Assembly: GCF_009914755.1 (NCBI RefSeq)
Contig: NC_060933.1
DNA length: 64,000 bases
From: the human T2T-CHM13v2.0 reference genome, Homo sapiens
Reading direction: 5' to 3' (one strand)
Shown: piece after piece, positions 14,085-31,701 of the stretch
How the letters are laid out: each line of letters starts with the position of its first letter
How positions within the stretch are numbered: position 1 is the stretch's first letter
Program-made: the position numbers and the translations under genes
The notes under the pieces: generated by a model
What the model was told of the DNA's origin: nothing
Seen by the model: only the letters and a program-made list of their open reading frames with translations
The model's database searches: none

Positions 14085-15310
14085 GCTGATAAATGAGTGG
14101 AGGAACAAACAAGACCTCAAAGTAACAATTTACTTGGGTATTAAAATCAGATGTTACTGATGTCTCATTCTCCTTAATCTGGCATTTTAGGGCAGCAAAA
14201 CCAGTCTGTGTGGAGTCAGTGGTTTCTAAATAGAATTATTCTATAAACTCAAGAGCTGTGGACCCATCACCCGGAACTCAAATGAGACTTGGACAGACAG
14301 GAGGTCACTCTTGGCCAGGAAAAAGCACAAAGTTGGGCGGCAGAAGTAAAATGGGCAGACACAAAGCTGTTTACCTACTCACTTTCAACAACTTTTCCTA
14401 ATTCAGCTTTATGCTCATGACACAAATTACCACAGTTCACTGGCAAGAGAAACCAATTTTCCCATTTTACAAATGAAGCTGCTTTGTATCAATGTCAAAC
14501 TTCTTAAATTTGATGACTTTATCAAGGTGACAGAAGAGAACATCTTGAAGGATTCAGAGGTGAAAGGCTGTGGTGCCTGCTATTTACCCTCAAATGGTTC
14601 CCCACGCACACGAAACAATGATAGGAATAACAATGTGTGTGTGAGAGGCAGAACACATGTGTCAAAATGCTAACAACTGACACATCTGAGTAAAGGACAG
14701 ATCAGTGTTTGTTGAACGTTACTGTTACTTTTCTGCAAGTCTGAAATTTAAGTAAAAAAAAGAAAAAATAAAAACTACTTAATAGAAAAGGTTATTCCAC
14801 CTTTACCACCATTTAAAGGTATCAGATGGGGAGAAATAAAAGCAATACTTTGATGGAGATACCTAATACCTTTGAATAAAGCAATTCAGAACAATTCTAA
14901 AATTACCATAAGTATCTTCATTTTAGAATAACTGCAAAGATTCATCCGTATGGTATCTGGGGATAAATCATTCTCCCCAACAAACAGTGAACATCTGTTA
15001 TATAAAAACCTTGTAAGAGGCTAGATAACAACACAATGGCATAGCAAAGTCTCAAACTGGCAATTTCCAAACTACTCAAGGCAGCAGTTTTCCTAGATGT
15101 GGAGCCAAGACACCAAGACAGAAAATATTAAGAGGTAAATGACAGCTGGAAAAACACCAGCTACACGATACACACAACCTGTTCGAATTTCTGGACCTAT
15201 GCAATTTGACCCAGAAGCAATAATGTAAATGTTAGAACTTGAAAATCCCAATTCTTCTAAATATAATTTTATCACTATTTTTTGCAGTCATTAAAAAAAA
15301 AAAAATTATC

Positions 15311-15581
15311 AGCCACCTGTAATCCCAGCACTTTGGGAGGCTGGAGCAGGCAGATCACCTGAGCCCAGGAGTTCGAGACCAACCTGGGCAACATGGCAAA
15401 ATCCCATCTCTACAAAAAATACAAAAATTAGATGGGTGTGGCAGAATATGGCTGTAGTCACAGCTACTCAGGAGGCTGCGGTGGGTGGATCACCTGAGCC
15501 CGGGGAAGTCGAGGTGGCAGTGAGCTGTGATTGCACCACTGTACTCCAGCCTGTGCAGCAGAGTGAGAGCCTGTCAAAAAA
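15311..15581 (+). mobile_element. Alu (AluJ-like)
   Basis: Dimeric Alu, slightly 5'-truncated. Confidence 0.88.
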
Positions 15582-15880
15582 TCTCCTAATCTAGCAGCTA
15601 GAGCTAAAACATAAATGCAAAAAGCTGGTTAGCAAATGAGGAAGAGAGGGGGCAAAAAAATAACTACTATTTACAGGCCAGGCATTGGAGCACATGCTTT
15701 ATATACGTTATTTCCAACCATTACAACTTGGTGTGGTAGGTATTACCAATACCACTTCACAGGTAAGGAAATTGAGGTTCAGATAGAAATCAAATACCCC
15801 AATCCCTCAGAGATTAAGTAGTAAAGAAGGACCACAATCACTCCTCTAGGTCAAAATGTACCTGCCAAGTTTCAATGTAA

Positions 15881-16339
<459 letters not shown>

Positions 16340-16483
16340 TGATCATTGCAAATTCATATGCAGATGTAAAAAATAGAGCATTTCCATATGAAGTTGACTC
16401 AGTTTCTCTCAAAGATAGTATCTTGTGTAACTATAGTACAGTATCATCTGTATTACTTTTTTTCTTAGTATCACTTTCTAATA

Positions 16484-17040
<557 letters not shown>

Positions 17041-17369
17041 GTATATTTATATATATTTATAATACCTGTGTATTAATTTAGAATACCTGTGTATTATAAA
17101 TATACTTCTCACAGTTGTTTATTGTCTATTTACCCTCACTAAAATACAAAATCCTCGAGAGCAGGAATCACTATCAGAATTGTGTTGACTGCTATATAGC
17201 AAGCACCTAGAACACGGCCTAATCTATAGTAGGAACTCAGTATATATTTGCTGAATGAATCAAAGCATTGTATTGCACCTCCTCTTCTAAGAGAAAACAG
17301 ACCAGCTCTTCAAGAGACCATCGTGGTAAGTAAGAGTACTCTTAAACATCAGGAAAACGTTACACTCAC

Positions 17370-17485
17370 CCATGGTGACATAAGGCAACTTATCAGTTGA
17401 TCCATGAGGATAGATGCTGTAGAGGTGAGGTCCAGTAACATCTACTCCCCCTAAAACTAGGGCTGCACCAATGTAACCTTGATAC
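17370..17485 (-). CDS. PSMB7: PSMB7 coding exon 5 (116 nt)
   Basis: Encodes (R)[38 protein letters not shown](G); acceptor caccag|G, donor G|gtgagt. Confidence 0.98.
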
Positions 17486-17739
17486 CTGGTGATCAGAGTA
17501 TGCATAAGAAAAAAAACATGAGTCCACAAAGCATCACTGTAACTTAGCCAAAAGTTGCATGAGAAGTCAGGTAACAAAAAGTTTTCCTTAAGACTGTTTC
17601 ATTAAGGGGTTATTGTTTTGATGGGAACAAAAAAGGGAAGGGAACATTAGATGAACATCTACTGTCAGCCAGTATAAACTATAAATTATGTGAGGCACTC
17701 CACACACCTGATTTCAGCTCAGCCTCACAGCCCCCATTA

Positions 17740-18037
17740 TTATTATTTTTTTGAGACAGGGTCTCACTCTGTCACCCAGGCTGCAGTACAGTGGTATTAT
17801 CACGGCTCACTGCAGCCTCAACCTCCCCAGGCTCAAGCAATCCTCCCACCTCAGCCTCCTAAGTAGCTGGGACTACAGGTGTGCACCACCACACCTGGCT
17901 AATTTTTGTATTTTTTTTTGGAGAGATGGCGTCTCGCCAAATTGCCCAGGCTGGTCTCAAACTCCTGGACTCAAGCAATCCTCCCACCTTGGCCTCCCAA
18001 AGTGCTGGGATTACAGGTGTGAGCCACCACACCCAGC
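17740..18037 (-). mobile_element. Alu (AluJ-like)
   Basis: Reverse-complement Alu in PSMB7 intron 4. Confidence 0.9.
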
Positions 18038-18273
18038 CCACAGTCCCCTTTAAAAGACAACATTATCATTCCCATTTTAGAAAAGAAAAAACCAACCCAG
18101 AGACATTAAGAACTTGCCCGGTCTCAGAACCAAATTGGACTGACTCCAAAGATTATCAGCACTTTTCCCATCACACCTCTCTGTGATCAGCACATAAGCT
18201 ACCTCCACAGTTAACAATGAGGAGGTGCTAAGCTCAGCTGTTCCACTGTTCAAATTATCAACCTGGCCACAAA

Positions 18274-18573
<300 letters not shown>

Positions 18574-18931
18574 GTATCAACCTCACCACAGCCCAAACAG
18601 AAAAATGGCTCATGTCGAAACACCTCTGCCTTTGAATTAACCCATATTATAATTACATATATGAACTCGTATCAAAAAAAAAGTATTTCATCATTCAGGA
18701 AAGTGAATATTAAAATAACTCCATGATAGCCTAAGAAACCACTGCTACTACACATAGGATAAACTTACACTTCCTCAGGAACATCACAGGAATATATTTT
18801 CCACCCACACCATCTCCACTTAATTGTGCACATATTTGTTCCTTTGGACCCTTTTTTTCCATTTCTATAGATTCCTTTCCCTGTATTTGGTACAGCTTTT
18901 TAACATTAGGAGGCCAATGTTACTCCTAACG

Positions 18932-19070
18932 TGGGAGGCTGAGGCATGAGAATCACTTGAACCTGGGTGGCCGAGGTTGCACTGAGCCGAGGTCGCATCA
19001 CTGCACTCCAGCCTGGGCAACAGAGTGACACTTAGTCTCAAAAAATAAAAAATAAAAAAAATCAAAAGAA
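18932..19070 (+). mobile_element. Alu right-arm fragment
   Basis: GGGAGGCTGAGGCATGAGAATCACTTGAACC through to an A-tail. Confidence 0.85.
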
Positions 19071-19719
19071 GAATTAGATCTACATTTGTCAACATAAATT
19101 GCTCTCAATTTATCTAGCTGTGCTAGATAAACATGCTGGATTTAAAGTTCTCCACTGTGAGCCTTTAGCTCTTTGGGAAGGAAAACAAAACTGACACATA
19201 CTGAATTTGCCAAACGATGTAATCATTAAAATACAAATAAATTAACATGAGAACCAAAGTCATAACTTTAGACTGTCTGAGACATGGCCACACATCCAGA
19301 AGTGCTCTAAGTAAACAGAACAGTGGTCCAATACTTGCCCTGTTCCTTGATTACCAAATTGTTATTTCATTTGTAAGTAAAAACTTCAAAAACTTCCTAG
19401 GAAAAGATTTTAGCAGTAGCCTAAAAAGAGAATAGAGCCCCAGACAAGGGAAGAAACTGGTCCAAGGCCCCACGTGTGAGCTAGCAGCAGGGTCAGACTA
19501 GGGCCAAGGGCTCCAGGAAGAGAAGCCACAATCGCCAGTCCCACCACCCCCAACTAGTCCAGTGCCTATTCCACTATGCCAACTGTCTACTGAACAGGGT
19601 GTTTAAATAAAGTTAATAATAATCAGCTACTTGCCTTCTAAGCTAAAATATCAACTGTTAGATGCCTTTAAAATAATCAAGATGTTTTGGCAAATTATTG
19701 AAGTCATTAAAATTTTAAT

Positions 19720-21400
19720 AATTTATTGATCCACAAATTCTACTACCAGGACTCTATTCTAAGGATATAAACAGACAAATGTACAGAAATGAATGCACAA
19801 GGATGTTTACAACAGCATTGTTTATGATGATTAAAAAAGTGGAAACAGCCAGGGAGAAATGGCTAAACTGATCCAACTGTACAACAGAACATCACCCAAT
19901 CATTAAAAATCATGCTAAGCCGAGTGTGGTGGCTCACACCTGTAATCCCAAAACCTAGGGAGGTCATGGTAGGAGGATTACTTGAGGCCAGGAGTTTGAG
20001 ACCAGCCTAAGCAACATAGTGAGACATCGTCTACAAAAAGTTTAAAAAAACAAACACAACAAAAAATTAGACAAACATGGTGGCGTGGGCCTTTAGTCCC
20101 AGCTACTCAGGAGGCTGAGGCGAGCAGATGACTTGAGCCTAGAATTTTAAGGCTCAAGTCATCCACCATGCACTGCCTTTAAGTGAGCCATGATCATGCC
20201 ACTGCACTCCAGCCTGGGCAACAGAAAGAGACCCTATCTAAACTAAAATAAAATTTAACAACCATGCTGCATTTTCTCCTGCGCTACTGACGGTAGTACA
20301 ACGTTTGTCAAGGGAGAGCTTTGACAACATCTTTCAAAATGTTAAATGTGCAAAACTAAATAAATGTGCATTTATTCTAGAATACAGGCTAAGGAATTAA
20401 ATCACATGAGTACCCAAGGCTTCTATGTTCCAAAGGTTCGTAGAATACCTAATAATACCTTAAATACCTTAAAATGGGCAATATCATTAATGTTTAAAAA
20501 TTGGTTAAGTTGTAACATAGCCACAAAACGGATACTATGACACCACCAAAAATTATGATAATGATTAATGGTTCTTAAGCTTTTATGGGTCAGAGAGCCC
20601 TCTTAAAAATTGATTAAAATTGTGGAAATTTTCCCCCATAAGAGTACACACAAACATTTTTTCTGATTTCAGGAGAGTTACAAGTATTCAGAACTTCTCT
20701 ATGGGCTCAAGAGAAAAACTCATCTACTGACAGGAACAATATTTGTAACATACCATTATGTAAACAAGGGAAATTACAAAACAACACATACAAGGATATA
20801 TATCTAGAACAAAAGGTATGAAAAAACAGATCTTCAAAAATTTACAGTGTATGTGTCTAAGTGGCAGAACATCAGGTGGCATTTACTTCCTTCTATCCAG
20901 GTTTCTAGTGTCTACGTTTTTTACAATTATATTATTTTTATAATTTTAAAAAGTTATTTTCATTTTGAAATGCCCTAGTATAGAACCCATTCAAGATGCA
21001 CTGTTAGGTGAGAAGACTAGGCTATACTACAGTCAGTACAACTATAATCCCATTTTCTAAATATTACTGAACTTATTTTTAAAACCTTGAAGGGTGTGTA
21101 ACAATCTCTTAGCACTAACTGCTCGTGGGTGGCAGGAATCCAGGTAGTTTTTTACATTCTTTTTGTTCATATCTTCCAGCTTTGTTTTGTTTTTACCATG
21201 AACATGTACTAGCAATATAAAAGGAAGAGAGGAAGGGAAGAACTTAAAAGACAGAAGACTGGAATAACATACACCAAACCAAGAGTGATGCTCCCTGAAT
21301 GGCAAAGTTTTCATTTTGTTCTTTGGGCTTTTCAGTATTTTCTAAATTTCCTACAATAAATGTACATTATGTTTATAAGAAAAAAAGTTACAATATAAGA
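19720..21400 (+). mobile_element. Old L1M fragments, interrupted by an AluJ-like element at about 19918-20255
   Basis: L1 3' motifs (tgcacaaggatgtttacaacagcattgttt); boundaries approximate. Confidence 0.55.
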
Positions 21401-22063
21401 GTCTCTACGTATTCAAGTAATAGTTTCTAGAACACACAACAGCATTTCACTAACATTTTTATGAAACTCAACAAGGAGGTTCCATGCTCACAGAACAAGC
21501 ATTACTTACATCAACTACATATAGCCAGGATAGGTGTGAGATAAAGGCAGTGCTTAAGTAAGGGAAAAGACATCACTTCTGCTTATCAAACCTTATTTTC
21601 TCACTGACTCACATACAAGGAAATGGGCTGTTCAGAAAAAAAAAGTACAGCAGTACCAAGAACACCTTGTACTCTTTTTCAGACTGAATTTTACGGGGCT
21701 CTAACTACGCAGTAGGCTCTGTAGTATGCAAGGTCAGAGCCTAGCTTCTTTATTCCTGTCCTCCTCAAAAGTCAGACAGACAGAAACTATTATCCTCATT
21801 TTATTGAGAAAGAATCACCCAAATTTATACGACAGTCAGTGCTGTAGGTGGGAGATGAACCAAAGTTCTAAAATCAAATCCTAAACTCTTTCCTTATACC
21901 ACTCTCATTTTATGTAACTCACCAAAAATGTTAAGAGGACATAAAAGACTATAATTATGCTGGTTTATATTTTTAAATGGTCCTCAAATTTTGATAAAAT
22001 TTAACTTTTACAAAGTATCTTGAACTAAAAAATGACAAAACACTGAAAAAAGAGAATTTAGAA

Positions 22064-22347
22064 TTTTTTTTTTTTTTTTTGAGACGGAGTCTCGCACTTT
22101 CACCCAGGCTGGAGTACAGTGGCACAATCTCGGCTCACTGCCAAGCTCCACCTCCCGGGTTCATGCCATTCTCCTGTAGCTAGGACTACAGGCGCCCGCC
22201 ACCACGCCCGGCTAATTTTTTGTAATTTTAGTAGAGATGGGGTTTCACCATGTTAGCCAGGATGGTCTCAATCTCCTGACCTTGTGATCTGCCTGCCTCG
22301 GCCCCCCAAAGTGCTGAGATTACAGGCATGAGCCACCGCGCCCAGCC
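22064..22347 (-). mobile_element. AluY-like, with a short internal deletion
   Basis: GTTAGCCAGGATGGTCTC and TTCATGCCATTCTC AluY-type positions. Confidence 0.88.
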
Positions 22348-22969
22348 GAGATGTTAGGATTCTTAAAACATTCTGAAGTGATTAACAGAAACATTTGCTA
22401 GATTTTTTTGCTAATTGTTTTAAATGACATTACAAAGAATCTTGAAACATCTTATTTGCAGCAATTTTACAAGCTTAAAAATTGCCTTTATTACATAGAC
22501 ACATCGTGTAGAAAAAAAGTTTTCAAAAAAGCCTTATATATAATGTACCAAGCAAGCCACCAGAGGGAGCTTTATATTTAAAATTAAAATCCACAAATCT
22601 TTTCAGAAATCTGATCAATAGGTGTGCTTTAACAAGTTCTACTCACTGTACTGGAAGAATTTGGTTGGCAATAATTCTCCTGGATTAGAATAATGATACG
22701 TACACAAACATAAAGCAGCAATTGGATAGACAAGGCTTCCTATCCATATGACTCTAGGCTTTGGTCTCATTTGTAAAATGGGAACTATACTACTGGCCTT
22801 GCTACAACCTCATATACACTACTGAAAACCCACAGGCCATGCTAGACACATAGATGAGGACCCGCAAATTATCAGGAAGGCCAGGGCCCTGAAGGGAACA
22901 GTGAAGTGAGCCAGGCAGAGAAAGTGACAGAGCACCCACTCCCACTTCTAAGGCAACAACCACCAATGA

Positions 22970-23425
<456 letters not shown>

Positions 23426-24404
23426 TGATGGCCTATGAGCCACCAGTTTAAAATCTTTACTGTCTATCCGTGCTCCCCTTTAATTCTCACAACCACCCCA
23501 CTAGGGGCAGGTATTATGATATCCATTCTACACAGAAGGAAAAAGGCAAAGAATTTGTTAAAGGTAAGGCAAGTCCCAAAAGGAGAAGCCAGTATTCCAA
23601 CCCAAGACTAAATGCCCAGGCTACTTCTCCTAAAATCACTGCCTCTCTTATGAGAAGCAAATGAGAAAACACACTTTGAAAACTGCCAAGACCCATACAA
23701 ACATAAAGTAATGACGCAATTATTAAAGGAGAAAGAGAAACAAAACTACTAATATGAGCTGTGAGTCAGCAGAGAATGAAGGTCAGGTCAGGCAAGCTAC
23801 TGCACCTCTTTAAACCTCAATTTCTTCACTTACAAATAGGAGACGCTAATAGTCCCTATCTCAGAGTTAAAAGGATGAAATCGTGCATAAAGCGCTTTAG
23901 CATAGGTCCTGGAACAGAGTAAGAGGTAGATAAAGGTTGGTTAATATTAATATTATCATACCCACTGACAGCCAATTATAAATATCACTTTTCATTCACT
24001 GTTATTTTGCCCCTAAAGGGAGGGGGTGGGGGGAAGGAGAGACAATCATTTGGGTTTGTGTTTATGGGGAGGAGAGAGTAGTTTCACAAGACAACTTGAT
24101 AGTTCCTCCAGCTATAACTTTCTTACCGTGAACAAAAAAGTTTCTCTTATCCAGTAATATCCCTATGCTCCAGGAAATGACTCAACTGGTGACATGTGAT
24201 TTACTCATGAAAAAAATCAGGCCCCAGAAATTCAAATGCACCATCAAAAACCATTTAAAATGGCTCTTTAATATAACAACTGATTTCCGGAACAAAATGT
24301 GTATTTCTGAATGTGTTTTTGCTACTTTCCAGGCTTCTCTTGGCTGAAAAAAATCTAAGATATGAGAAGAAGATACTAGTAGGAATCCCCATTCTGGAAA
24401 CTTA

Positions 24405-24635
<231 letters not shown>

Positions 24636-24869
24636 TCAGGTACAGAGAGATGTTTTTGAGTATATCTATGCTGTAACTTCTCTGTTTAGTCAACCTTAAA
24701 TAAACAGAAAATTGAGAATATGCATCTAGTTATATGCAAATACATTATCTATGGCCCAATGGAACACATGAAATTATTGGTTTCTGTGATAACAGTGTGT
24801 GCATTCCATTAATGCTACAAATATATCCAAGTTGTACAGAAGTGCCAGGTGTGTTAACTCTTGCAATTC

Positions 24870-25920
24870 AACATCTACCAAGTATTTACTATCAGATACC
24901 AGTAATTACACTAAGCACTGGGAATAAAGAAAATATGAGAGGCCTTGTGCTCAAAGTTGAGTGTAAGATACACAAGAAGACAAAAATTATAACACATAAT
25001 TTAATACACAGTAATAGCATAGGTACAAAATCCTACGGGAAACCGGAGGAGAAGGTAATTGATTCTGATCATTAAGAAAAGGTTTCAGGCTGGGCATGAT
25101 GGCTCATGCCTGTAATCCCAGCACTTTGTGAGACCCAGGCGGGAGGATCACTTGAGGCCAGAAGATCAAGATCAGCCAGGGCAACATAGTGTGACCGCAT
25201 CTCTCCCAAAAAAAAAAAAAAAAAAAAAAGAACGAAAAAAATGTTTAAAAAAAGGAAAAGGTTATATATGAGCTGGAATAAAAACACTCTACAAGCAGAG
25301 AAGGCAGAGTTTCTAAATAGAATCTCACATAAGCAACGGTAGAATAGCTTGGAGATGAGGGAAATAGGGACAGTTCAGACGTAACTGGAGCACAGGGTGA
25401 TGGCAACTGAAAAAGACGCTTGAAGGGTAGGCTTTCTATGAGACTGTGCAAGGCCACAGAATTTTGATTTTTATCCTAAAAGCCATGTGGAAATGTGACA
25501 AGTCTCTTGAAAAGCTTTTTAAGAAAGGGATGCCATCAGATCTATGTTTTACAAAATCCAGTATGGCAGAAGAGTGAACAATAGGATGCCTAAGAGAGGC
25601 CAATTAAATGGTAACTGCAATAGTCCAGCTAAGAAAAAAGAACCTCTATGGTTCAAGTTAATGTTTGAAAAAAAGAAAAAGAAAAAAGAACCCAAACTAG
25701 AGCCTTAGCAAAGGAAAGGATAGGAGGGAATGGATTCAAGAGGCACAGAGAGGGCAAAACTGGCCACCAATTCAATTGGAGACTGAAGCAAAGAGAGGAC
25801 TTGAAGTTACTGGCTTAGGTAACAGGTGGCTGGAAATGCCATTTAAGGGAGACAGAAAATACAGGTTGAAAAACAGGTTTTAGTAAGGAGCACAGGAAGG
25901 TCAATTTTTAGCCCTGACAT
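24870..25920 (-). mobile_element. L2 fragment containing an Alu monomer (FLAM-like, about 25088-25230, +)
   Basis: Degenerate L2 3'-end-like sequence; Alu left arm with A-tail. Confidence 0.55.
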
Positions 25921-25961
25921 GTTTGAAAATATAAGAGTTATTCAAACGAATCAATACTTAC

Positions 25962-26059
<98 letters not shown>

Positions 26060-26790
26060 CTATTAAAAAAAAAAGTTTTTAAACAATTTTACAAATATAA
26101 GCCAACCGCAACTCTCTATTCTACTTTAGGGAATACTATGTTGGCCATACCACATGCTCCCCTAATCTCAAAACGCCAGCCAAAACTCATAGCAAAAATA
26201 TTGTGCTACACTTTCAGGATTTAAGAAAAGGTTTCTTAGTAAATGCTACTAATTGAATCCTGAGTAGGTAAGAATTATTCCCATTTTCAAGTGAGGCTCA
26301 GGTGTCGGGTAAATTCCTTGTAAATCAGAGCTAATCTGGAAAAAACCTGGATTAAGACTCAGGAATCTTTCCATTAAATTAGCCATCACTATCAATTTCC
26401 TTTTAAAACATGTTGCTTTTCTTTAAAACATGTTGCACAGGTAATCATTATCCCTTTTGACGTTTCCAACAATTTAAGGCAGGAGTTATCTCCATTTGAT
26501 GCATCTGAAGGTGTCCCTGTGAGAAGGAAAGTGAGCTGCCAGAAGTTGGAATCAGCACTATAGAGTTCAAAGGTGAGACAGACCTGTCTGACCCCAAATC
26601 TCGTGATCTCCCATCACATACTTCAGCTTCCTAAACTAGTAATTAAGAAGCTAACTGACCTGTTTAAAAAAAAAAAAAAGAAAGAAAGAAAAAACCTCAG
26701 CAAAGTGAGGAAAGAACATAAACTGTTAAGAAGCACACAAAACCTGACAAAAGCAGTCGCTCCTGAAAGACGGTCTCCTGATGTATTCTA

Positions 26791-27093
<303 letters not shown>

Positions 27094-27149
27094 TCACGCC
27101 CATCTGTTTAATGAATCCTCCCACCATCAGCACTGTTCTCCCGTTTTCC

Positions 27150-27790
<641 letters not shown>

Positions 27791-28212
27791 GACAGACCCA
27801 AGTCCCAGGCACAGCCCCACCACCCCCTTGCGTTAAGCAAGTCTCTTCAACTCTCTGAATCTGTTTCCTCCGCTATCAGATGGAGATTACAACCTAGCTC
27901 AAAAGGCTGCTGTAGAATGGCCATTAAGTCTGTGAAAAGAGGCTCAACATGATTAGTCATAGGGTGAATGCAAAGCACGACCACAGTGAGATCCCACTTC
28001 GCACCCGCTAGGATGGCCATAAACAAAAAGACAGAAAAGCGCAAGGGTTGCGAGAGTGTGGAGAAATTGGAACCCGAATACACGGCTGGTGAGAATGCAA
28101 AACGGTGCGGCTGCTCCGGAAAACAATTTGGCAGTTCCCCAAAAAGTATTATCCTCTTAGATACGCACCCGAGAGGGTTGAAGACATGTATTCACAAAAA
28201 CTTCTACAAAGG

Positions 28213-28677
28213 TGAGGTAGAAGGCAGGCCTCCATTCAGAGATGGGGCTGAGATACCTGACCAAATTGAGGACTAGCTAAAACAGGGCCTGGACGGAAGC
28301 TGTCTTCCCTAAGACTCGCTCACCAGCCAGCCAAGTCAGTTTACCGTTGCCATGGCAACACTCGTGAGTTACCGCCCCTTTCCATGGCAGTGGCACCATA
28401 AACCAAAAGTTACTACCCCTTCCCTAGAAATGCCTGCATAAACCACCCCTTAATCTGCATGTAATTAAAAGTGTGTATAAATATGACAGCAAAACTGCCC
28501 TGACACTCTGCCTAAGAGGGTAACCCTGCTCTGCAGGAGCAGTCATGGAGCTGTAACGCCGCCACTTCAATAAAGCCGTTTTCTTCTGCCTCTAACTTGC
28601 CCTTGAATTCTTTCTTGGGCAAAGCCAAGAACCCTTGTGGGCTCAGCCGCACTTTGGGGCTTACCTGCCCTGCGTCA
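28213..28677 (+). mobile_element. ERV1-class solo LTR (MER66/MER41-like)
   Basis: TG...CA ends, 5-bp TSD AAAGG (28208-28212 and 28678-28682), TATAAA 28476-28481, AATAAA 28569-28574. Confidence 0.85.
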
Positions 28678-28691
28678 AAAGGGGTCTCATT

Positions 28692-28990
<299 letters not shown>

Positions 28991-29395
28991 GGGGGTCTCA
29001 TTATTCACAATAGCCAAATAATGGAAACAAATGTCCATCCACTGATGAATGGATAAACAAAATATGGTAAATTCATTTAATGGAATATTATTAGGCCATA
29101 AAGAAGTCTGAAGCACAGATACATGTTACAACAGGGATGGACCTTAAAAATATACTGAGGGAAAGAAGCCAGGCACAAAAGGCCACATAGTGTATCATTC
29201 CATGTATGTGAAGTGTTCTTAATAGGCAAATCCACAGACAGAAAGTAGATGTTTGGTTGCTAAGGGTTAGGGGAGGAGGAGAGAATGGATAGGACTGTTT
29301 AGTGGGCGCAGAGTTTTTGGAAAATGATGAAAATATTCTGGAATTACATAGTGGTATTGGTTGCACGATATTATGAATACACTAAAAACCACTGA

Positions 29396-29797
<402 letters not shown>

Positions 29798-30249
29798 TGA
29801 GTATTAAACATTGTACATGAAGACCATCTATCTTAGCATGTAGAAGCTTCTTATAAATAGTTATTATTAATAATACATTCATTTCATCCTGTCAACAAAC
29901 CTAAGAGATAATTATGTAATTCAACTCATTTTACTGAGGGAATTGAAGGCTCCTTTTACAGCCTGAATGACTGTGGAATGAATTAATTTATTCACTCAAC
30001 AAATATTTATTGAGCTCCCATTATGCGTCAGACATGGTTCTAGGTGCAAATGAATGAATGAAGCACCTAGAACCAGTGTCTATCACAACTGTGTGTTTAA
30101 TAAACATTTGTCAAAGGTTGAATTCCCTTTCGTTACCTCTGAGTTTTCCGTTGAAATTAGGGAAATAAATTCATATTCTGCAGTTCTAGCCCCTAGTAAC
30201 TCAGTAGCTGACCTTACTTGGAAGTATTCCAAATGAATTGAATTTGATT

Positions 30250-30923
<674 letters not shown>

Positions 30924-31053
30924 CCTCCTGAGCTCACAGTCCAGGGGAGGAGAGGAAGTCTCAGAAAAGAAAGACTCCCAGCGCTGTGTGCCAACTGCCA
31001 GGCGGGGGAAGCATGGGAATGCGAGTGGGGGGCACACACTCTAGGGAAGCCTA

Positions 31054-31701
<648 letters not shown>

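Noticed and set aside
17287-17577. Stand-alone proteasome-like ORFs (also 26788-27039)
   Set aside because: These are exons 5 and 2 plus intronic read-through, not separate genes or pseudogenes.
26399-26436. Short direct duplications (also about 32490-32522, 34236-34300 and 61866-61890)
   Set aside because: Ordinary slippage duplications with no sign of function.
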